Positions 36,084-48,590 of a stretch of 64,000 nucleotides of DNA are shown piece after piece. This stretch comes from Alloascoidea hylecoeti (taxonomy: Eukaryota). The stretch is from the NCBI GenBank assembly GCA_001600815.1, contig BCKZ01000022.1, positions 1 through 64,000 of the forward strand, in the 5' to 3' direction. The translations under genes and the position numbers were made by a program. Each line of letters opens with the position of its first letter. The first letter of the stretch is position 1. The notes below the pieces were generated by a model that saw only the letters and a list, made by a program, of their open reading frames with translations, did not search any database and was not told the DNA's origin.

Positions 36084-36920
36084 TTATTTCTCATCTTTAC
36101 CAGAATTTGATGCATATTTTTTCCAATTTTCAATTTCTCTATAAGATTTTTCTAATTCAATTTTTAATTTTTCATTTGAAGTAGTTAATTCATTAATTGT
36201 TTGATCAGTTAATAATTTTTCTAAAGTCCATTTTTCCATATTATTACTTTCAACTTCTTTTAATTGTTTAATATAATCAACAGCACGTCTTATAATTTGT
36301 GATTTATTTTTATCACAATTTGGAACCATTTCTGCTAAAGCATTAATACCTTGATTAATATTTTCTCTTCTACGTCTTTCAACTTCTTTATGATTATCTT
36401 TTCTTAAACGATGCCATTCTTCAGTTCCAATAGCAGGTTTTGAATCAGGGTGACAATCACGGTATTGAAGATTTTGAACATCTGATGATGATTGTAAATG
36501 TCTTAAATTCATTGGAATTTGAGAAGAATTCAAAAAATTTAAATGATTTGGTGAAGATACTGAATTAGATGATGAACCACCATTAATTGATCCATTACCA
36601 CCTTGATGATGAAGATGAATATCATTATTATTATTATTGTTATTCAATTTATTATCATCACCATATAAATGAGATGATTGTTGCAATAAAGCATTATCAA
36701 TTGCCATCCCTTCATCCCTTTGTTTATCACCTTCATTTTTAATATCATTATTATTCCCTTGCTCTTTATTCATTCCAAAACGTAGGGCAGCAGCTGCTGC
36801 ATTCATCTCTGCTTGTGTTATTGAATGTTGTTGTTGTTGGTCATCATCTTCCGAAGCAGTCTTGAACCTCTTCAAATGATTGATTTCTTCATCGGAAGGT
36901 CTCTTATTGTTTACTTGCAT
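36084..36920 (-). CDS. CBF1: bHLH-ZIP transcription factor Cbf1
   Basis: KPAIGTEEWHRLRKDNHKEVERRRRENIN...NKSQIIRRAVDYI...NMEKWTLEKLLTDQ. Confidence 0.95.
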   Translation of the reverse strand: MQVNNKRPSDEEINHLKRFKTASEDDDQQQQHSITQAEMNAAAAALRFGMNKEQGNNNDIKNEGDKQRDEGMAIDNALLQQSSHLYGDDNKLNNNNNNNDIHLHHQGGNGSINGGSSSNSVSSPNHLNFLNSSQIPMNLRHLQSSSDVQNLQYRDCHPDSKPAIGTEEWHRLRKDNHKEVERRRRENINQGINALAEMVPNCDKNKSQIIRRAVDYIKQLKEVESNNMEKWTLEKLLTDQTINELTTSNEKLKIELEKSYREIENWKKYASNSGKDEK

Positions 36921-36957
36921 TTTACCCTATTACCAAAAACTACCACAATTTATATAT

Positions 36958-37154
36958 CTAAATTAAAAAATAAAGGTTAGATATATCAAGTTCACGCGAT
37001 AATCACGTTTCCCCATTGGCAGCTCGACGAACATCATCAACCATCCTTAATCCAAAACTCAATACCAACAAAAGCCAAAAAATCACATCATAACAAAACT
37101 TCAAAAAGTATGAGATGAAATTGGTGATGGAACCATATTAAAAGAGGAACTTAC
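36958..37154 (-). other. Putative 5'-UTR intron of CBF1
   Basis: GTAAGT at 37154, TCTAAC branch site, polypyrimidine tract and TAG at 36958. In-frame stops lie between the acceptor and the ATG. Confidence 0.7.
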
Positions 37155-37878
37155 TTTAAATCTTAGAGTGATTACGAAAGGTGTTGTTTTTTGTTATTTC
37201 TTGTGGGCGGCGGGGGAAACGGGAGCAGATATGGGTCTGATATATACGCAAGGGATGCCATGTGTTGCGTGTATATCTTGGTCCGAGCATATTACTTGAT
37301 ACGTGTGCGCATGTGATCGATATTTGAAATATGATTGATCGCGTAATACATACACCAAGAATATTAATAGATTTTAAAAGTGTTTTGTTTGTATTTTTTA
37401 TATCCTTTTTCTTCAAATAAAAGATTAAATAAAAAATAAAATCTATTTATAATAATAGTAATAATAATAGTAGTAATAATAGTGAATAAAAATATAAGGA
37501 TAAAAATATAAAGATAAAAAATAAATCATTTTTTTTGAAAGAACTGTCTAAACATTCGCGATCAATATCGTGGTCTGATAATATGTTTTTTTAAACTTTA
37601 AAATATTCTTTTAGCCTTTTATCCTTGCAATTGTGCCTTTTTAAAAACTCCATGATTTAATACATCATCATTACCATCGACATCACTATTTATATATCTT
37701 TTTCTTTGATTGAATCAACTATATTCGAATTCATTTGATGGGATTGATGGTTTTATATATGCTGAATTGTATGATGTATGTATTTTTTTAAAAAAAATAT
37801 ATGTGTGTAAAGTAAATGAAGGAAATTCTATAATAACAAATATTTTGTTTTGTTTTTCTTATCTTTTCAATTGAAAAA

Positions 37879-39993
37879 TTAGGCATAAAAATGTGTATAA
37901 ATCCTTGATTTTTCATGGACTTGCATCATCATTTTTAAATCATTTAATTCTTGTTTAATTTGTTCTGCAACAACAGGATTTAAACTATTACAAGTTGCCA
38001 GATCTGGCCTCCGATCATAATCTTCTGGATTATAAGTTTCATATATAATAATCTTTGATGAAAAATTAACGGATCTAGGAGGTGGTATTGCTGGTGTAGC
38101 AGTAGCAGGATGCTGATACATTGATAAAGCATTCATTTGTTGTTGTAATTGTGTCATCATACTGAAACTTGGTTGACTGTTATTTTGCGGTAAAGATCCA
38201 TTTCCAAAAAATGAAGGCATAAATGGATAATGTGGGGTTATTGGTTGATGCTGTTGTAACTGTGCTGCAGATGGATAATGATATTGATTACCGAAATCTA
38301 ATTGTGTTGTTGAAGAAGCAGAAACTGAACTTGAATGGCGACGATGATGTCCTTGTGGTGGTGATGTTGTTGCTGTGGTTGATACAGAACCAGAATTTTT
38401 ATTATGTCCTTGATGACGATAACGGGATTTTATCTTTTTACCATTATTTTCACTATGTGTTGATTTAGAAGATTTTGATGATGATCCTTTTTCACCATCA
38501 GGATTATCATTTTGAATATTATCACCTTCATTTTTGCCATCTTTATTATCACCCATAATTGTATTACTACGATTATTATCAGGTGATATTGGTTCTTCAG
38601 TTTCATTAATTGTAGCTATAGATAATTGATTTTGATTTTGACTTTCACGATTTAATTTTTTAATTCTATTTATTGATAAATCATCATCAGAATAACTTTG
38701 TTTACCAACTAATGATTGAACTAATTTTAAATCTTCTTGTTGTTTTTTAACTTTTAAATTTAAATCATTTGTTAAAATATTATTAAATAAAATTAAATTT
38801 TCATCAATTTTTTGTTTTTTAAATTCTTCATCATTCATTTCAATTGGTACAACTTCAATAATTTCTCTATGAGCAGTTTTTTTAATACTTCTTTTACGTT
38901 CAATTTTTTCAGGTGTACGCTTTTTTAATGATTTTTTTCTATCTAATGATGATTTTATTTCAATAACATTTAATTTTTCCATTGTTGGGAAAACAGTTTC
39001 ACCTGAAGTTACATCATCATCAGAATCATTATTATTTGAATTTAAATTATTTTTCTTATTTTGTGGTGGTGTTGGTTCAACATCTATTACTTTATCATCA
39101 TTAACAACAGTATCTTCTTCATCAGTACTTCCTGAACTAATACCAGTAATATTTTGATTTTGATCTTTTTCTTTTTCCTTTTCATTATCAATTATAGGTT
39201 TTGAATTTGAAATATTAGTCGTATCTAAAACTTGATCCTCACTAATTGCCATTGAAACATCAAGACCTAGATTTATATCATGATTAAAACTAGGATTAAA
39301 ATGATCATCATTATCATTATTATCATAATCAGATGCTTTATGTTCTAAAACAATCCTTGAAGGATAATCATTATCATCTCTATTTGATTTTTTTTGACCA
39401 AATCTTGAAAAGCCATGTGTAATTTTCCTACCAACAGAAAATAAAGAAGATTTTGAACTAACAGAGAATTTTGAACTAACACTAAATTTAGAAGTAACAG
39501 ACATTGTATCAGAAGATTTATTTTTTCTTGAAAATAATCTTGGAGAATATTTTGAACCACTACTATCATCACTATTATATCTCGAGAAATCAGGGGTTGA
39601 AACAACACTTAAACGTCGAGTTCTATGATTACCATCATGAAGTTTTGTATCAGCAGTATAATAGTTATGATTATTATCAGTACTTGAAGAGTTTTTAATC
39701 GAATTATTCTTCTTTGTCTTTTTGGAAGAGATTGCAAAAGTTTTTTTGAAAAATGAACCTAAACCCTTCCGGGATTGTTTTAAAGTTGGCTGTATAAGGT
39801 AGTCTTGATGATTCGGATTATCGATTGTATTTATGTTCGAATTTTGAAGGCCAGTGACGGTATGGTTCAAGGATTCGTTCATATCGTTAGACTCCGGGCC
39901 GTAAAGATTGTTGGTCCCAGAAAGCATAATTTGGGGAGAGGTGTAGGAAGAAGCAGGAACATTTAGATGGGAGGGTGTTGAAGAAGACTGCAT
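37879..39993 (-). CDS. BNI4: Bni4-like PP1 (Glc7) targeting subunit
   Basis: Low-complexity body with C-terminal RSVNFSSKIIIYETYNPEDYDRR...TCNSL...IKQELN...VHEKSRIYTHF (RVxF-like motif plus phactr-like tail). Confidence 0.85.
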   Translation of the reverse strand: MQSSSTPSHLNVPASSYTSPQIMLSGTNNLYGPESNDMNESLNHTVTGLQNSNINTIDNPNHQDYLIQPTLKQSRKGLGSFFKKTFAISSKKTKKNNSIKNSSSTDNNHNYYTADTKLHDGNHRTRRLSVVSTPDFSRYNSDDSSGSKYSPRLFSRKNKSSDTMSVTSKFSVSSKFSVSSKSSLFSVGRKITHGFSRFGQKKSNRDDNDYPSRIVLEHKASDYDNNDNDDHFNPSFNHDINLGLDVSMAISEDQVLDTTNISNSKPIIDNEKEKEKDQNQNITGISSGSTDEEDTVVNDDKVIDVEPTPPQNKKNNLNSNNNDSDDDVTSGETVFPTMEKLNVIEIKSSLDRKKSLKKRTPEKIERKRSIKKTAHREIIEVVPIEMNDEEFKKQKIDENLILFNNILTNDLNLKVKKQQEDLKLVQSLVGKQSYSDDDLSINRIKKLNRESQNQNQLSIATINETEEPISPDNNRSNTIMGDNKDGKNEGDNIQNDNPDGEKGSSSKSSKSTHSENNGKKIKSRYRHQGHNKNSGSVSTTATTSPPQGHHRRHSSSVSASSTTQLDFGNQYHYPSAAQLQQHQPITPHYPFMPSFFGNGSLPQNNSQPSFSMMTQLQQQMNALSMYQHPATATPAIPPPRSVNFSSKIIIYETYNPEDYDRRPDLATCNSLNPVVAEQIKQELNDLKMMMQVHEKSRIYTHFYA

Positions 39994-40941
39994 AGATGTT
40001 TATAATTTTGGGATCTAGATGGATTGTTTAGAGTTGGTCCAGTGAACTATACATAAGATGAAAAAATGTGAGAAAGAGCAAAAAAAGGAAAAAAGAAGAG
40101 GCTTTTGAGGGAGGAAATGGGTAAAAAACAGGCGAATTTGTGGGCACCACCTACCAGAAGCAAACTTAGATTCAGATCATGTGTGTGAGGCGTAGAAGAT
40201 AAGAAAAATGACAAGATGACGAGGGAAAAAAGTGTAGTAAAATTCAAAATTCCCGTTTCCTTCCATTCTACAGTGTCTTTTTATCATTCTTGTTCTCTAT
40301 TTATAGATTTATGTTACTATTCGTACTTTTAATTCTAATATGATACTCCAAAAAGATTTGAAAAGTGGAGCAAAAACACTCCAAAGCACCATGCATGAAA
40401 TAAGATTATGAGCATAAATCTATCATGGTCTACAAATAGACTTCTCTTCTTCTGTAACCTCCTTTCCTGTTATTGTAGATCGTTTTCCTTTCGGTTCTTT
40501 CCTCGACGTCTTGAAATCTTCCACTATTCACATCTCAACAAATTCGTAACCCTCTCACCTTACATTTATAAGGCTCTGCGTATCCGGAATAATAGACTTC
40601 GTACCTTGGATTATATAGACCATTTCAATTTCAATTGGGATTCTCAAATGCCTAAACATGGCTATGCACATTCATCTCGGTCTTACCCAACAACATCTTT
40701 TTTTAGCAGTCTGATCGGCTTTTTTGAAGGGTTTGAAGGCTCATGTAGTTTGTTTCGTTATATCCCTTTTCATTTTAAGGTTTAACCTTATTCTGCGATG
40801 CTCAAACTTAATCTGGAGGCTTCTCTCGTAATCGGAAAATAATGATGTAAGTGTAATTAACATCACCGTGCACATCTCAGCACGAACATATCTAATTCCA
40901 AACCTCCAAACCTCAGTTCTGAACTTGTCCATCACGACAAA

Positions 40942-43900
40942 ATGTATATTAAACGCGTATGTTCGCGATTGTTTATTTGCGCGACGCGTCCAAAGTGTTT
41001 TCATCAGCAGCTTTGGACGTGTTTTTTTGAAGCTTTTATTTTTTCATCAATTAACAATAACTTTCAAATGCTCTAGATTGCAATTCAGGGGTTCAAAACC
41101 TATAAGGATCAAACTGTGATTGAAGGTTTAAGTCCAAAACACAGTGTCGTTGGTATGAATTTTATATCCTTATCATTTAGCACAATTGTTGTAGGAGGTG
41201 GATCAACATGTCAAGAAATCTTATCATTGATTTATTGAATGCTTTTCTTTGTCTTCAATCCATAAGATAAAATATCAGATCTTGAACTACTCTAACAACC
41301 TCCATCTCTATAGTTGGTAGAAATGGATCTGGAAAATCTAATTTCTTTGCAGGTATGCTTGGTTAAAAAGGAAAAGAAAGAAAAGTTCCATTCATTAACA
41401 TTAATTTAGCAATCCGCTTCGTTTTATCCGATGCCTATACTCACATGTCCAAAGAAGAACGTCTCGGTCTTTTACACGAATCTGGGTCCGACCATATAAC
41501 TGTTCTTTCTGCTTACGTAGAAATTGTTTTTGATAACACTGATCGTCGTCTTCCTTTGAACAGTAACGAGGTTATTATTCGTCGTACCATTGGTATGAAG
41601 AAAGATGACTACTCATTAGATGGTAAATCAGTTAGTAAATCTGATATTATGAAATTGTTTGAAAGTGCAGGCTTTTCTCGTTCAAACCCTTACTATATTG
41701 TTCCACAAGGTCGTATAACTGCTCTTACTAATGCAAAGGACTCAGAGCGTCTTGAACTTTTAAAAGAAGTTGCGGGTGCTCGTTTATTCGAAAAAAATCT
41801 TCGTGAATCTGTAAAAGAAATGGAATCAACAACACATGAAAAGGAACAAATTGATGAAATGCTTGGTAATATTAAAGAATGGCTTGATGATCTTGAATCT
41901 GAAAAAGAAGAACTTAATGCTTATAATTCAAAATTTAATGAGAAAAAATGTATCGATTATACATTATATGATAGTGAAGTTGCTGAAATAACTGATGCAA
42001 TTGATCAATTAGATGAAGATAGAATTAATCAGCTTGGTGGTAATGATCGTCATGTAAAATTATTAGATGATCGGGAAACTGTTATTGCAAATCTTGATAG
42101 TGAAATTGTTAATTTAAAACAACAATATCAATTATTATTACTTGATAAATCTCAATCAGAACAAGATTTAAGAGATTTATTAACAGAATCTGCAAAAGTT
42201 GAAATGAAATTATTAGAATCAAAAAGCAATCAAATTGATTCAAAAAAAAATTCAAAAAAAAAAATTGAAGAATTAAAATTTATAAATCAATTAATTTTAA
42301 AAAAAGAAAATGAATTAAAAAATTATTTACCAAAATTTGAAATTCTAAAAGAAAATGAATTAAAAATTAGAAAAATATTTGATAATTTGGAATCAAGACA
42401 AAGATTATTATATGAAAAACAAGGACGTTCACAACAATTTAATAATAAAAAACAAAGAGATAATTGGTTAAATGGGAAAATTTCAAAATTAAAAAAATCT
42501 ATATTAAATCAACAAAATGATTTAAATAATTTAAAAAATGAAATTTTAAAATTTAATAATGATAAATTAAAAATTGAAAAAGAAATTAAAGAGACAAAAG
42601 AAAAAATTTTAAATTTAGAAGAAGAAATTTCTAAATTACGTGAAGAAAAAATTAAATCTAAAAATATTTATGATCAATTAACTGATGAAAGGAAAATCTT
42701 ATGGCGTGAAGAAGCAAGACAATCTTCAATAATTGATTCAGCTCATGATGAATTAGAAAGATCAGAAAGAGCTGTATCTGAAACAATGGATAGAAATCAA
42801 TCTCATGGTCTTGAAGCCGTTAAACGAATTGCAAAAGAATTCTCCTTAAATGGTGTTTATGGTCCATTAGGTGAATTAATTGATGTTCATAATAAATATA
42901 AAACAGCTGTTGAAATTACTGCAGGTAATAGTTTATTTCATGTGGTTGTTGATTCTGATGAAACTGCTTCTAGAATAATGCAAGAATTAAATCGAAGAAG
43001 AGCTGGCCGTGTTACATTTATGCCTCTTAATCGTTTAAATCCTCAAAGACAAACTTATCCTCAATCAGATGATACAATCCCACTTATTACTAAAATTCAT
43101 TATAATTCAGAAATTTCAAAAGCTGTTGAACAAGTCTTTAGTAAAACAATTGTTTGTATTAATCTTGAAAAAGGTGTTGAATACTCAAGATCTTATCAAG
43201 TTAATGCAATTACACTTGAAGGAGATAGAGTTGATAAAAAAGGTTTATTAACTGGTGGATTTCATGATTCTAAAAGATCTAGAATAGATTCATTAAAAAC
43301 TTTAAGAAAATGGAAACAGGAAGTTGAAAATGGTCGTTTAAAACAACGTGAAATAAAACAAAATATAAATGAAAAAGAACAACAAATTACTTTAGCACTT
43401 AATTCAATGACAAAGGCAAATGGTAAATTTGAACATATTCAAAATAAATTAGAAAGTTTAAAATCAAAATTACAATCACAAATTTCTGAAATTCGTAGAT
43501 TAGAGAGTTATTCAAATTCAAGTAAAACTTCACAACATTCATTAGAAATGGTTTTAAATTCAATGATTACAAATCTTGAAGAACATGAAAATGAATTAAA
43601 ATCACCATTTGAACAATTATTATCAGATTTGGAATTAAATGAAATTGAAAATATTAATAATCAATTACCTGAAATTAATAAACAATTAGATGAATTAACA
43701 ACAAAAAGAACAACAATTGAAGAAAAAATTGAATTTTTACAAACTGATTTAAATGAAAATTTATATTTAAAAAGAGATAGAATTGAAAGACAGGAATTTG
43801 ATAGAATTAATATTGATGAAAGTATTGAAAATTTAAATGAAATTGAAATAAAATTTAAAAGAATTAATAATCAAATTGATGAATTAAGAGAAAAAGTTAA

Positions 43901-44924
43901 TGAATTAGAAAATGAATCTGAAAATATTAGAATAACTCTTAATAAAAGAGAAAAAAGTTTAGAAACTGCTAATCAAAAACAAGTTGAATTAATTAGAAGA
44001 TTAGAAAATTTACAAAAAAATGTTGAAAAAGGTCTTGCAAAAAGAGCATTACTTTTAAGTAGGAGAGAAGATTTACAGAAAAAAATTAGAGATTTGGGAT
44101 TCTTACCTGAAGAAGCATTTACTAAATATAAAAATATTTCTGCTGATAAATTAATACGAAGATTAAATAAAGTCACCGAAGAATTAAAAAAATATACTCA
44201 TATCAACAAAAAGTCTTCTGAACAGTATATGAACTTCCAAAAACAACAAGCTCTTTTGTTAGAACGACGGGCAGAGCTAAAGAAAGCACAAGAGTCAATT
44301 GAAGGATTAATGACTGTGTTAAGTCAAAGAAAAGATGAAGCAATTGCAAGAACTTTCAGACAAGTATCAAAAGGTTTCTCTGAAGTTTTTGGAAAACTTG
44401 TTCCAGCAGGGGTTGGAAAATTGATAATGCAACGACGTATGGATAAAGATATGGATGCAATGGACCTTGATTCAGCATCCGAAGATGAAGAAGATGATGG
44501 AGGAAAGGATTCAAAATCAGGCACAATTGAAAATTATATTGGTGTATCTATCTCTGTTTCCTTTAATTCTAAGAGCGATGAACAACAGCGGATCGAACAA
44601 TTATCTGGAGGTCAAAAATCTTTATGTGCTATTGCTTTAATTTTGGCAATTCAATCCTGTGATCCTGCTCCATTTTATTTATTTGATGAAATTGACGCTA
44701 ATTTGGATACGCAATATCGAACGGCTGTTGCTAATGTGATTAAGAATCTGTCAAACAATGCACAGTTTATTTGCACAACATTCAGAAATGAGATGCTTAA
44801 TGTTGCCGACCAATTTTATGGTGTTATGTTCAACAATAAGATTTCCACGGTTGCTGATATTTCAAGAGAACAGGCATTAAATTTCGTTGAGGGAGATAAT
44901 AAATCCAAATCCAAATCAAAATAA
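40942..44924 (+). CDS. SMC3: Cohesin subunit Smc3; exons 40942-40956, 41077-41152, 41314-41352, 41410-44924
   Basis: Three GT-AG introns rebuild MYIKR|IAIQGFKTYKD...VV|VGRNGSGKSNFFA|AIRFVLSDAY. Hinge domain, LSGGQKS and FDEIDANLD present. Confidence 0.97.
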
Positions 44925-45067
44925 ATAGCTTATAATAGTATAATACATAATACAGTACCTTACACCCGTACAGACATACGAAGACTGATAACCGAGTGAA
45001 ACACCTCTCCACCTCTCCATCAGTGATCTCTTTACTTTCTTTTGGTCCGCCCATAAACCCCTTTCAT

Positions 45068-46453
45068 ATGGCTTTTCTCTTCAAGCGAACCCCAAAGACG
45101 CCTCATGAGCTTGTCCGGACCCTCTCCGATTATATATCTAAACTAAATGGGTCAAACGAAGGTTCTCCAGACAGGAAACGGGCGCAGGATGAGATTGGGC
45201 GTACCCTTAGCCAGATGAGGGCTTTACTACAATCTGAGGATAGTGGAACTATGGTACACGAGCTGATGCTGAACGATGCCCTCGGACAGTTGGTGGAGGA
45301 TCTTATACTACTTGATGAGGATTCACGCAAAGATGTTGCTGCTGTTTTGTCTACTCTGCTACGATTATCACAGATGGAAATTCAAGTGATCGACTACCTG
45401 TGTACCAGACCACATGCTATCAGTTTTTTATTAAGAGGACCCGAGCAAAAAGATCCCAGCCTTGTGCTAATTATTGGTGCAATTTTACGAGAGTGCATCC
45501 GCCACGAGGCGCTGGCTTCAAAGGTCCTAAACAACCCCTTATTCTGGAACTATTTTCAATATGCTCAGGCTGGTTCTTTTGAAAATGCAACTGATGCTTT
45601 TTCCACTTTACACGATTTATTAACTACACATAAAAAATTAGCTGGTGAATTTTTCGCTAATAATCTGCCCCGTTTTATATCTCAAATAAACTCTTTGGTT
45701 GGATCTGGGAATTATGTTACAAAACGGCAGTCAATTAAACTTTTGGCCCACCTTATGCTCCAACGATCAAATTACATCTTAATGACAAATTATGTCGATT
45801 CTCCGGAAAATTTAAAATTAATAATGATTTTACTTGGAGATAGAAGTAAAAATATTCAATACGAAGCCTTTCATGTTTTTAAAGTATTCGTTGCCAACCC
45901 TAAGAAATATAAACCAGTGGCTGATATTCTCATTAAGAACCGGGATAAATTATTAACATTCTTAACAAATTTTAACCCTGAGAGAAGGGATGACGCTGTT
46001 TTCAATGAGGAGCGACAATATTTAATCCATCAAATTCAAGAGTTACCAAGGCTAACAGTTTCAACAACATCTTCTTCAATGTCAAATAATAATGCTAGTC
46101 CTGATACTGACAAGCCATTATCTGCAAGATCTGTAACATCAAATCCCATTTCCAGATCTACAACCAATACAACTCCATCTCCCAACACTAACTCATATCC
46201 ATATTCATTATCTAATGGTAATGGTAATGGAGCTTCTGGTAATCCTCATATTCCCGGAAATTTATACCATTCACAATCCACCACTTCTTTATCACACCAA
46301 CAACTACGAAATAAAAGTTCAAGATCGGGCTCTGTAAGCTCAAAATTTACTCATCCTCATTCTCATGCTAAATTAAAGAAAAGTTCAACTTCAAATAATA
46401 TGTCTTCAGGTATGATTGGAAATGGAATGCATTCAAATATAGCTTATCAATAA
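45068..46453 (+). CDS. HYM1: Mo25-family RAM network protein Hym1
   Basis: MAFLFKRTPKTPHELVR, NYVTKRQSIKLL and IQYEAFHVFKVFVANP; Ser-rich tail. Confidence 0.95.
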   Translation: MAFLFKRTPKTPHELVRTLSDYISKLNGSNEGSPDRKRAQDEIGRTLSQMRALLQSEDSGTMVHELMLNDALGQLVEDLILLDEDSRKDVAAVLSTLLRLSQMEIQVIDYLCTRPHAISFLLRGPEQKDPSLVLIIGAILRECIRHEALASKVLNNPLFWNYFQYAQAGSFENATDAFSTLHDLLTTHKKLAGEFFANNLPRFISQINSLVGSGNYVTKRQSIKLLAHLMLQRSNYILMTNYVDSPENLKLIMILLGDRSKNIQYEAFHVFKVFVANPKKYKPVADILIKNRDKLLTFLTNFNPERRDDAVFNEERQYLIHQIQELPRLTVSTTSSSMSNNNASPDTDKPLSARSVTSNPISRSTTNTTPSPNTNSYPYSLSNGNGNGASGNPHIPGNLYHSQSTTSLSHQQLRNKSSRSGSVSSKFTHPHSHAKLKKSSTSNNMSSGMIGNGMHSNIAYQ

Positions 46454-47054
46454 TTTAATGTATATGTACCGATTGATTACTAAATATATGCTAAAGTTAA
46501 TAAACAAATAAAAAGGGATCCGTATGGTTAATTTGGTGGGCTTGATAGAATATTTTGTAATATCAAAAAAACGAGTATATACATGTAATACCATCTGAAA
46601 TGGTAGCTTTTATATCATGCTAACATATTATAAGATTAAATAGCTAAGCTTAGAATGATGATTATAAATATATCTAATATACATTGCAAAAAATTCAATC
46701 TTAAGTTATCTGAATATACGTGTGATAAATATTAATAGAAAGACTGTAGAATAAAATATTAAAGAATGAATGTTAATCACTAAGACTATCTTATAATTAA
46801 GTTCAAGCTATTCAATTTCTCTATTGTTTTGCGAATATAGTCTAGCCACTATTTATAGCTAAATCTATAAACTGCTAGTAAATTGCCGTATAATCAGTTA
46901 AATATGGATTAAATAGGATTTTCATGAACAGTTAATACATTGGAAATTCAGTTTCCAAAAAAATAACTGGATACGCTAAGTAAACGAGTTTCGTATACTT
47001 TTTATACTGTAAAACTATTATATTGAGTCTTCAGACTCTAGTGTCTTTGCTTGA

Positions 47055-48590
47055 TTAATACACACTGATACTAATATCTTCAGATTTTGAGAGTGATCCA
47101 TTAGAACTGCTTTCCGATTCTCTTCTTAACATCAGAATGCTAGGATTAGTGATCGTTTCTTTGAACTGTCGTCTTAGTTCCTGTAGTTGAATATTGCTCA
47201 ATGAATTGGGACCTGCTTGAATATAAACCGTCATTACCGGGGAATTATTATTGTTTGTTGAAACACAATCAACTAAGACACCAGCATACTGTGAGTAGGT
47301 AAAAAATGTCATTCTTTCAACATTAAATTTAGATTCTTGTTTATAATCAACTTTATGAAACCCTAAATTTGATACTGTTAATGAAGACTCTCTATTTGAA
47401 ACAGCCATGGAGGTTGCAGCTTTATAAGAATTAAATATGAAAGATGAAAATAAACAAGGCAATGTATATGTCATTAAATATTTTTTGTTTGTTTTCTTTT
47501 TTATATCTTCAGTATTTTCTTTAACTTTATCCCAGAATGTATGGCTGAAATCTTTGTGATAATATGAATCAATAATAGATGTGAAAAATCCAAGGACATG
47601 TTTAGGATTGAGATTATTCAATGCTGGATTATCTTGTGATATGAGTCTTCGAACATTAACGGGTGTATCATGCAATAATGTGTCTTCCTTGGTGATGTTG
47701 CTAATGGCTTCGACAATCGCTATATTAATAAACGCCGTTACTGTACTATTATTCTTCTTACAAGCATTGATTATATTCTTTGTTTCTTCATGAGTAAGAT
47801 TTACCAGCGTAAATTTGACAGGATCTAGGTTCAGCTTTACTGGAATTGGAGAGTTTTGTCTTTTCTTGGGTAAAGGAGATGGGAGTGGGGTATATCTTAA
47901 GTAATGTGGTCTGAGGAACTTTGGAATTACCGGTAAAAAAACTGTTTTTAAAAGGTAGGAAATTGAACCTGAATATGGAAGAAATGCTGCTGGATTATTA
48001 ACATGGGTAACCATTTCCGGTAAATCAAATTTACCAATAGTCGTAATTTCTTCATGTTTTAATGGAAAATTTTCCCATTTTCTAAGTGATTCCAAAAGAA
48101 ATTCTTGAAAAATTTGTCCTGACATTCCATCAAATATACCATGATCAAAAATAAAACAAAGTTCAGTCTCATTAACAACTACAATCCTCCATAATAATCC
48201 ATTCACTGTATTTATAGAAAAGTTATGAGAAATTAATTTGTTAACAGTAGAATTGTCTAAATGACTCTTTGGATCTTCATCATGAACATTTGTCACATTA
48301 ATAAATTTAACAACATCATTCAAATCAACTTCATCAATATATTTCCAATAACAATCTTCTGGATTAGCTTCCATACTCTCAGTAAAAACATTAGCCAACA
48401 ACCAAGGATTTTCAAGAATAACTGGTCTGAGTGCACGAATTAACTCTAATTTAGAAAGAGGTTTGGTGTATCGCGAAGTAACAGAAACACTGCCTAAAAG
48501 TCCTCTATAGCCTAAAGTTGTATAAAACCATTCGGATGCATTCAAACTTCGAATAGGTTTTGTTCTTTCCGTGATATGAAGAGATGACAT
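47055..48590 (-). CDS. Alcohol O-acetyltransferase / Sli1-Atf family acyltransferase
   Basis: HxxxD motif FDHGIFDGMSG, LLWRIVV, CKKNNSTVTAF, TPVNVR and VSNLG. Confidence 0.88.
   Translation of the reverse strand: MSSLHITERTKPIRSLNASEWFYTTLGYRGLLGSVSVTSRYTKPLSKLELIRALRPVILENPWLLANVFTESMEANPEDCYWKYIDEVDLNDVVKFINVTNVHDEDPKSHLDNSTVNKLISHNFSINTVNGLLWRIVVVNETELCFIFDHGIFDGMSGQIFQEFLLESLRKWENFPLKHEEITTIGKFDLPEMVTHVNNPAAFLPYSGSISYLLKTVFLPVIPKFLRPHYLRYTPLPSPLPKKRQNSPIPVKLNLDPVKFTLVNLTHEETKNIINACKKNNSTVTAFINIAIVEAISNITKEDTLLHDTPVNVRRLISQDNPALNNLNPKHVLGFFTSIIDSYYHKDFSHTFWDKVKENTEDIKKKTNKKYLMTYTLPCLFSSFIFNSYKAATSMAVSNRESSLTVSNLGFHKVDYKQESKFNVERMTFFTYSQYAGVLVDCVSTNNNNSPVMTVYIQAGPNSLSNIQLQELRRQFKETITNPSILMLRRESESSSNGSLSKSEDISISVY

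Noticed and set aside
40408..40870. 125 aa ORF and overlapping short ORFs between BNI4 and SMC3
   Set aside because: No recognisable motif and atypical composition; cannot be supported as a gene.
44996..45067. ORF-track GTG-initiated N-terminal extensions (HYM1; likewise MGA2 at 54593 and SMC5 at 22763)
   Set aside because: Artefacts of allowing alternative start codons. Conserved ATG starts or spliced exons explain the true N-termini.
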